Below, piece by piece: positions 57,838 to 64,000 of a stretch of 64,000 nt of DNA. The position numbers and the translations under genes were made by a program. Positions within the stretch are counted from its first letter, which is position 1, and each line of letters begins with the position of its first letter. Origin of the DNA: Candidatus Levyibacteriota bacterium (GTDB lineage: Bacteria; Patescibacteriota; Microgenomatia; Levybacterales; UBA12049); assembly GCA_027459725.1 (NCBI GenBank), contig DAIDHK010000001.1:3411-67410 (forward strand), read 5' to 3'. The notes beneath the pieces are model-generated. The model had not been told where the DNA came from, ran no database searches, and saw nothing but the letters and a program-made list of their open reading frames with translations.

Positions 57838-58461
57838 TTATTTAGGCAGATGACTTGTATCATTGCATGTAATCAACTTCCACTTATTGTCTTCATAGTT
57901 ACATACAGTAACTCCTGTATTGGAAGTTTTTAAAAACTTCCTAAACCTGTCAAAGATAACGGAAGGAAAGCTATTTTCAAAGGCCATCAGACAAAGCAGC
58001 ATAGTTATAACGTGTCCATGTGTCACCACTAAAACATGATCTTTTTTAATATTTTCAATTTTTTTCAGTACAAGTTCAATCCTGTCTTTAAACTCAAAAA
58101 ATGTTTCTTCATCCGAATATCTGAAACGGGGATTATCCCAATTTGCAAAAATTTTATTTTTAATATTCACTACCTCCGGATCATCCGTTTTTCTCCCTAC
58201 GATAATGGTAGGTCTTCTAAACTCAACTAATTGAGCATCTAAATCTGGGTTTTTATGTAATTTTTTGGCAATAGCTTCTGCAGTCTGTCTCGCCCTGGTA
58301 TATGTACTGGTGAGAACGATGTCAATAGTAATATTACTAAATCTTTTTGCTACCTGTTCTGCCTGCTTTAAACCATTTGCGGACAATTCCGCACTCCCAT
58401 CCTGATGAATACCCAATCTGTTTAAATTGCTTTCACCATGGCGTATCAGATATAACTTCAT
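57838..58461 (-). CDS. Histidine phosphatase (phosphoglycerate mutase-like) family protein
   Basis: LIRHGESNLN (RHG catalytic motif), VVTHGHVI second His. Confidence 0.8.
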   Translation of the reverse strand: MKLYLIRHGESNLNRLGIHQDGSAELSANGLKQAEQVAKRFSNITIDIVLTSTYTRARQTAEAIAKKLHKNPDLDAQLVEFRRPTIIVGRKTDDPEVVNIKNKIFANWDNPRFRYSDEETFFEFKDRIELVLKKIENIKKDHVLVVTHGHVITMLLCLMAFENSFPSVIFDRFRKFLKTSNTGVTVCNYEDNKWKLITCNDTSHLPK

Positions 58462-58523
58462 TCATGTAATTATAACAGAGAGTGGCAATGGCCTATTGTT
58501 TAGAATTAGAGTAGAATATAAAA

Positions 58524-59306
58524 ATGTTTCAAACTTTTGTCTTAAAATTTTTTAACACGAAGATCCTGCGAAAAGTTCCTGAAATTACCATATTTTTTTG
58601 GATCATAAAGCTTTTAACTACAGCCGCCGGAGAGTCAACTTCTGACTTTATGGTCCATCGGCTTGACCCGATAATTGCCGTTTTAATTGGAGCGGGTGCT
58701 TTTACAATCTCAATCATTTTACAATTCTGGGTTAAAAAATATATTCCTTTTGTTTACTGGCTTGCCATTACAATGGTCGCCGTTTTTGGCACGATGGTCG
58801 CTGATGTCCTACATGTGGGATTAGGAATTCCCTATGCTGTATCCTCAACACTTTTTTTCATTGCTTTAATAGTCATTCTTTTTGCCTGGTATTATAGTGA
58901 GAAGACGTTATCCATTCATAGTATTAATACACGCAAGAGAGAAGTATTCTACTGGCTAACAGTCATGGCAACATTTGCTCTGGGCACCGCTGCTGGTGAT
59001 ATGACAGCCACTACACTTCAATTAGGTTATTTGACATCAGGTATTGCCTTTGGTATTTTATTTCTTCTTCCAGTTTTAGCATATAAGTATTTCCATGCCA
59101 ATGAAGTATTCACCTTCTGGTTTGCCTATATCATGACGCGCCCGTTTGGCGCCTCTTTTGCCGACTGGACGGGGCGGACTCCTGATTTGGGTGGAATTGG
59201 CTGGGGTACGGGTAAAGTAAGTATAGGACTGGGTATCCTGATTATTCTATTCGTAATTTATCTCAGCGTCTCTCATATCGATTTAAAACGTAATTCTGCG
59301 AGTTAG
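58524..59306 (+). CDS. Polytopic membrane protein with an internal duplication (COG4705/DUF347-like)
   Basis: Two similar halves: ...LLTTAAGESTSDFMV... and ...ALGTAAGDMTATTLQ..., each followed by 3-4 TMs. Confidence 0.45.
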   Translation: MFQTFVLKFFNTKILRKVPEITIFFWIIKLLTTAAGESTSDFMVHRLDPIIAVLIGAGAFTISIILQFWVKKYIPFVYWLAITMVAVFGTMVADVLHVGLGIPYAVSSTLFFIALIVILFAWYYSEKTLSIHSINTRKREVFYWLTVMATFALGTAAGDMTATTLQLGYLTSGIAFGILFLLPVLAYKYFHANEVFTFWFAYIMTRPFGASFADWTGRTPDLGGIGWGTGKVSIGLGILIILFVIYLSVSHIDLKRNSAS

Positions 59307-60757
59307 TTTATATAATATCCTAAAAAGTCTCCAAATTTTTTATCAAAATGATAATGGGACTGGATGTATTTATTAATAGCTGTTTTTTCATGTAGATTGA
59401 CTTCATTCAGAATGACCAGTTTAACCTTTTTATTCTGCAGATCCTTAATGACTTCTTTTTGATAACTAAGCGGAATATTTAAATAATCATACTTGGTAGC
59501 ATTATCCCTATCTGATAAAAAATACACCATGGGTGAGTAATAATTCAGATATATTTTATCTCCAGGATTAGTTTTTACATCTATGTAACTGGATAACGCG
59601 TTAGACAAATTTAAACTACTTGGTGTTAAAAAAACCTTTACGCGGTTATAACTATCATAAGTATTATCATATCTAATAGGCGTTTCCCATTTATAATATC
59701 CGCCAAAAACCGCAGTATAAAGTCCGGTTATAATAAATATAAAAAGAGCTATATACAAAATAATCTTATGAAAAGATTTTTTAATATATTCAATTAAGAT
59801 AATACTGTTTAAGCCAGCAAATGCCAATAAAGCAACAAAATGATCAAGATCTGTTGTCGGTCTTATTCCAATTAAATAAAACGCGATTACATATAAAGGA
59901 ATAATCAGATAGACTTTTTTAATTTTATGCACTACAAAAATTGTAATTAATGATATTAATAATGGACTTGTATAAAAGAATAACTTACCGATTTTACTAA
60001 ACAGTGTCCCCTGATACAAAAATGGAGTATCCAGTGTTTTTTCAAATATAATTTTCTGAATGGTGTTAACATTAAAACTTTGTATAAATGAGAAAAATGA
60101 ATTAGTCAGTGATAAATACAAAATAAACAACAGCAAAGCTAACAAAAAACCTATTGCATACAATTTTAAATTAATAAAACTATATTTTTTACTAAAATAA
60201 ATAATACTCACAACACTAAGCAAGGGAATAACTACTCCAAAATTCTGCTTGGCTAAAAATATTAACATAGAAAAAATACCGGCAATAAAAAAATATTTTC
60301 TATTTTTTAGCAAACCGTTTAGAATAAAGAGCAAGTCATAAAGGGTCAAACATAATGCAAACATGGTCGGCCAGGGGAAATTTATATGGACAGGCCCCCA
60401 TAAAACAAATAAAAGAGAAGCAAATACTAGAGCTGAAAAACTGGCATTAAGTAATTTTGTAATTTGAAAAATTGCAAATAAAGAGAATAGACTTATAAAC
60501 AGAGCGACAACTCTGCCTACTAAAACGCTTTGTCCAAATATTTTAAAAAACAATGCCACAGTGACAAAGGACAAAGGTGTATAAACCATATCAAAATCAC
60601 GATAAGGTACCAATCCATTGGCCGTTTGCATGGCTGCATGCAAAATATATCCTTCGTCATAATAGATAATCCCTCTTAGATGAAACCAGACTAAGATCAG
60701 TATTAAAAATAAATAAAACACAAGCAAACCCCAAACCCTTATTTTGTAAATCATCAT
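59303..60757 (-). CDS. GT-C fold membrane glycosyltransferase (ArnT/PMT/mannosyltransferase-like), second copy in the window
   Basis: About 13 TMs. N-terminal YYDEGYILHAA DE-motif loop. Remainder hydrophobic, as in GT39/GT83/DUF2079-type enzymes. Confidence 0.55.
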   Translation of the reverse strand: MMIYKIRVWGLLVFYLFLILILVWFHLRGIIYYDEGYILHAAMQTANGLVPYRDFDMVYTPLSFVTVALFFKIFGQSVLVGRVVALFISLFSLFAIFQITKLLNASFSALVFASLLFVLWGPVHINFPWPTMFALCLTLYDLLFILNGLLKNRKYFFIAGIFSMLIFLAKQNFGVVIPLLSVVSIIYFSKKYSFINLKLYAIGFLLALLLFILYLSLTNSFFSFIQSFNVNTIQKIIFEKTLDTPFLYQGTLFSKIGKLFFYTSPLLISLITIFVVHKIKKVYLIIPLYVIAFYLIGIRPTTDLDHFVALLAFAGLNSIILIEYIKKSFHKIILYIALFIFIITGLYTAVFGGYYKWETPIRYDNTYDSYNRVKVFLTPSSLNLSNALSSYIDVKTNPGDKIYLNYYSPMVYFLSDRDNATKYDYLNIPLSYQKEVIKDLQNKKVKLVILNEVNLHEKTAINKYIQSHYHFDKKFGDFLGYYIN

Positions 60758-61113
60758 ATACTATTTATATACTTATTAACCAAAAATCTTCAAATGGTAA
60801 ATAAGGATTTCACTAAGTTGAAATTTTCGTCCTCCAACAATATATACTACTGCTGGAAATATAAACATAAAAAATGCAACAATAAGGGGAAAATAGAACA
60901 GGTCATTTCTGTTTTTTTCCTAATATCAACAGACTCTGATCTGCAGAAGCGACTAAAGCAACATTATCATAAAGAGGATTCTGACCACTAAGTAAGCCCA
61001 TTGTTTAAAAACAATATTTATTTTGATTAATTCACTTATATTAAACTATATAACTAAAAAATACTATGAATAGACTAAAAACATCACAATAAATCATAAG
61101 GTTTTGTAGCTTG

Positions 61114-63828
61114 TCAACCTAAATTCGGATAATGACACTTTTTCCATTTTTTCCCACTACCGCACCAGCATGGATCATTGCGGCTTAACTTTTTATGTGA
61201 TGTATCATCTTTATCCTTTTTTTTATTCTCGAGCATTTGTGCATTTGCTTGCTCTGAGGGGGGCAAAACAGTTGTCCCGGAAGCTTCCATAACAGACTGT
61301 GATTTAGCTACCTGCAGATGCTGATGTGAGTTATCCTGAGAAGGCTGAACCTGTGTCCAGTAAATTCTATGCACAATTTCATCATCAATTGAAGCGATCA
61401 GTTTTTCAAATAATCTATATCCTTCATTTTTATACTCTACCAACGGATCACGCTGTGCATAACCACGCAGCTGAATCCCCTGACGCAGATTATCCATTAC
61501 ATCCAGATGATTCATCCAGAAACTGTCAATCACACCCATCACCACAAGTTGCTCGATCTTAGTCGCCAATTCAGGACCAAAGGATTCCACTCTTTTGTTA
61601 TATACGTCTTTAGCTAAATTATTTAAAAAGGCACTTTTATCTTCAATATTCATTTGCTGCTCCAGCTGTTTTAGAATTTGTTGTCGTGAGAGTTCATCAA
61701 AATTTATGATAGTAATCAGATTACTAATAATTTTTTCATTGACTGATTGCCCCGTGGCATTTGCTTCTGCATCAGCTAAAGAGACAATAATACGCAAGGC
61801 ATTGGCTATTTTATTTAAAATATCCTCACGTAAAGCCTGGGGATTCTTAGCAGCTTCTAACACTTTTCTTCTACGTCCATAAACAATCTCACGTTGCTTG
61901 TTAAGAACATCGTCATATTCCACGACGTATTTACGATTATCAAAATAGAAACGCTCAACCTTGATTTGTGCATTCTCTATTGCTTTTGTCACCAGAGGGT
62001 GAGTCAATGGTACGTCTTCGGGCATATTAAACCTGGTCATAATCCCAGCAATTGTATCTCCGCCAAATAAGCGCATAATCTCATCATCCAAACCTACATA
62101 AAACTGAGATGTTCCCGGATCACCCTGACGTCCTGAACGTCCGCGCAGCTGATTATCAATACGACGTGACTCATGTCTTTCGGTACCAATAACAAAAAGA
62201 CCACCAAGTTTAATGACTTCATCATGTTCTTTTTTCCAGCTGGAAAAAGCTTTTTTATCTCCTGTATCAGGCATCGCCCCTCCTAGAATAATATCGACTC
62301 CACGGCCGGCCATGTTAGTAGCAACCGTAACTGCGCCTTTCTTACCTGCCTGGGAAATAATTTCTGCTTCTTTCAAATGATTTTTGGCATTCAGCATCTG
62401 ATGAGGAATTTTGCGGCGGCGCAATAGCTGGGAAATAATTTCATTTTTTTCAATCGATGTAGTACCCACCAACACAGGTTGTCCTGTTTTATAAAGTCTT
62501 TCAATCTCCGCTGCAACCGCACTAAATTTAGCCCGTCCACTTTTGTAAATCATATCTGACTTATCATTTCGCTGAATAGGATTATGGGTGGGGATTACTA
62601 CTACATCCAGTTTATATATTTTATGGAATTCCTCTGCTTCTGTTACAGCAGTACCAGTCATACCAGCAAGTGTCTCATACATGCGGAAATAATTTTGCAG
62701 AGAAACTGTTGCGAGAGTTTTTGATTCTCGTTGAATTGGCACTCTTTCTTTGGCTTCGATAGCCTGATGAATACCATCGGACAAACGACGACCAACCATC
62801 AAACGACCGGTAAATTCGTCAACCAGAATTACCTCGTTATCACGTACAATATATTCTTTCTCTTTATGAAAAAGAGTACGGGCTTTTAAAGCTGCTTCTA
62901 AGTGATAAACAGTATCAAAATCATTTTCGTAAATATTGGCAATACCAAACAGTTTCTCAATCTTTTGTAAACCATGATCAGTTAAATGCGCAGTTCGTTG
63001 TTTTTCATCTACTTTGTAATCAATCTCAGGTACCAGCTTGGCCACAAGTTGGGCATAATCATAATATTTCTGTGAGGGTACCTCATCAGGCTGAGAAATA
63101 ATATGCGGAGTCCTCGCTTCATCAATTAAAACAGAGTCAACCTCATCCACTATCGCAAAATAATGATTACGTTGTGTAAGCTGTGAAATATCCTGGGCCA
63201 TATTATCACGCAGATAGTCAAAACCAAATTCTGAGTTAATACCATAAACGACATCGGTTTTATAAGCTTCCTGCCTGGTAATCGGTCGCAGATGGACTAA
63301 ACGGGCATCCTGTACATTTTGAGCCTCAAACTCGGGATCATAAATGAATGACTGTTCGCTGATTATAGAAGCGACAGAAATACCAAGTAAATTAAACACG
63401 GGTCCCATCCATCCGGCATCACGGCGGGCTAAGTAATCATTGACGGTGACTAAATGGACACCCTTACCCGTCAGTGCATGTAAATACAAAGCCGGAATAG
63501 CCGACAAGGTTTTTCCTTCTCCTGTCTTCTGTTCGGCAATTTTACCGTGAGCCAGCACATAACCTGCCATCAACTGTACATCATAGGGAGACAACCCTAT
63601 TGTCTTTTGCGCCGCTTCCCGTACTAGTGCAAATGCTTCAGGTAATATTGCATCCAGACTTTCGCCTTTGTTTAAACGCTCTTTAAATTCCACAGTCTTT
63701 TTGACAAAATCCTTGTCTTTAAGCTTCTTAAATTTCTCACCAAAAGCATTAACTTCCAGTAAAACCGGCTGCATGCGGTTGATCTCCCGTTCATTTGAAT
63801 CAAAAAATTTGTTCAAAATTGATAACAT
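61114..63828 (-). CDS. secA: Preprotein translocase ATPase SecA
   Basis: DEAD-motor motifs (MQTGEGKTL-like KTGEGKTLSA, DEVDSVLIDEARTP), C-terminal zinc finger CWCGSGKKWKKCH. Confidence 0.95.
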   Translation of the reverse strand: MLSILNKFFDSNEREINRMQPVLLEVNAFGEKFKKLKDKDFVKKTVEFKERLNKGESLDAILPEAFALVREAAQKTIGLSPYDVQLMAGYVLAHGKIAEQKTGEGKTLSAIPALYLHALTGKGVHLVTVNDYLARRDAGWMGPVFNLLGISVASIISEQSFIYDPEFEAQNVQDARLVHLRPITRQEAYKTDVVYGINSEFGFDYLRDNMAQDISQLTQRNHYFAIVDEVDSVLIDEARTPHIISQPDEVPSQKYYDYAQLVAKLVPEIDYKVDEKQRTAHLTDHGLQKIEKLFGIANIYENDFDTVYHLEAALKARTLFHKEKEYIVRDNEVILVDEFTGRLMVGRRLSDGIHQAIEAKERVPIQRESKTLATVSLQNYFRMYETLAGMTGTAVTEAEEFHKIYKLDVVVIPTHNPIQRNDKSDMIYKSGRAKFSAVAAEIERLYKTGQPVLVGTTSIEKNEIISQLLRRRKIPHQMLNAKNHLKEAEIISQAGKKGAVTVATNMAGRGVDIILGGAMPDTGDKKAFSSWKKEHDEVIKLGGLFVIGTERHESRRIDNQLRGRSGRQGDPGTSQFYVGLDDEIMRLFGGDTIAGIMTRFNMPEDVPLTHPLVTKAIENAQIKVERFYFDNRKYVVEYDDVLNKQREIVYGRRRKVLEAAKNPQALREDILNKIANALRIIVSLADAEANATGQSVNEKIISNLITIINFDELSRQQILKQLEQQMNIEDKSAFLNNLAKDVYNKRVESFGPELATKIEQLVVMGVIDSFWMNHLDVMDNLRQGIQLRGYAQRDPLVEYKNEGYRLFEKLIASIDDEIVHRIYWTQVQPSQDNSHQHLQVAKSQSVMEASGTTVLPPSEQANAQMLENKKKDKDDTSHKKLSRNDPCWCGSGKKWKKCHYPNLG

Positions 63829-64000
63829 AAAGTATTAAAAGAGGATAATTATTGCCCTTATTTTACCATAATAAGCCACGTAATCCAACCTGCGTCATCT
63901 TTATTTTTGTGATTTTAAAATGGGCTTTTTTACATATTTCTGTAACGCCTGCGGTACTACTACACTACCATCTGACTGCTGATAATTATCTAAAATTGCA

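Noticed and set aside
1-64000. Possible alternative genetic code (UGA sense, as in some CPR lineages)
   Set aside because: TGA terminates clear genes (e.g. the permease ending at 2664), and a full RF2 gene with SPF and GGQ motifs is present. The standard code applies.
1-64000. CRISPR arrays, rRNA and tRNA genes
   Set aside because: I found no short regularly spaced direct repeats. I found no T-arm-like GGTTCGAATCC-type motifs or their reverse complements in the intergenic regions, and no rRNA-like conserved blocks.

Overview
This is an AT-rich (roughly 35-40% GC by eye) bacterial chromosomal segment with dense coding, mostly on the minus strand. It uses the standard code: TGA terminates ORFs (e.g. 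the permease ending at 2664) and an RF2 gene with the SPF and GGQ motifs is present. Gene content fits a small-genome monoderm lineage (LCP ligase, FtsEX plus a PcsB-like hydrolase, truncated TsaB, many membrane-anchored proteins), possibly Patescibacteria/CPR-like or a low-GC Gram-positive. I cannot fix the lineage from sequence alone. From the start of the window the order is: a Fur-family regulator fragment immediately followed by a Zn/Mn ABC importer (binding protein, ATPase, two permeases); a decayed IS630-like transposase remnant; a three-component HlyD/ABC/MacB-like exporter; a small methyltransferase; an RDD-family protein with a 36-bp tandem repeat; and a GC-elevated module encoding a PRTase-domain protein plus a LOG-family protein, closed by two minus-strand intrinsic terminators and an adjacent unknown protein. 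Next comes a MarR/MFS pair and a cluster of HDAC-like amidohydrolase, unknown 352-aa, ACT-like and unknown 290-aa proteins. A roughly 15-kb envelope-glycan supercluster follows: ArnT-like GT-C enzyme, Dpm1/ArnC-like GT2-GtrA fusion, UDP-GlcA decarboxylase, Gmd, Rmd, Ugd, three tandem Nudix paralogs, RmlDBCA, a GT2 and a CAP-domain protein. After that: topoisomerase IB; tsaB-tsaC-tsaE; ftsE-ftsX plus a coiled-coil C39-like peptidase; prfB (no programmed frameshift); a roughly 600-bp ORF-poor region with nested long-range complementarity suggesting a structured RNA; D-2-hydroxyacid dehydrogenase; CDP-alcohol phosphatidyltransferase; a frameshifted nucleoside 2-deoxyribosyltransferase pseudogene; an MFS transporter; AIM24; a DPBB-like wall protein; NRAMP MntH translationally coupled to a soluble MgtE-N/CBS protein; pyrC-pyrD-pyrE-pyrF; LCP plus a beta-propeller; a 2H phosphoesterase; a histidine phosphatase; a second GT-C glycosyltransferase; and SecA. 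I found no rRNA or tRNA genes and no CRISPR array.
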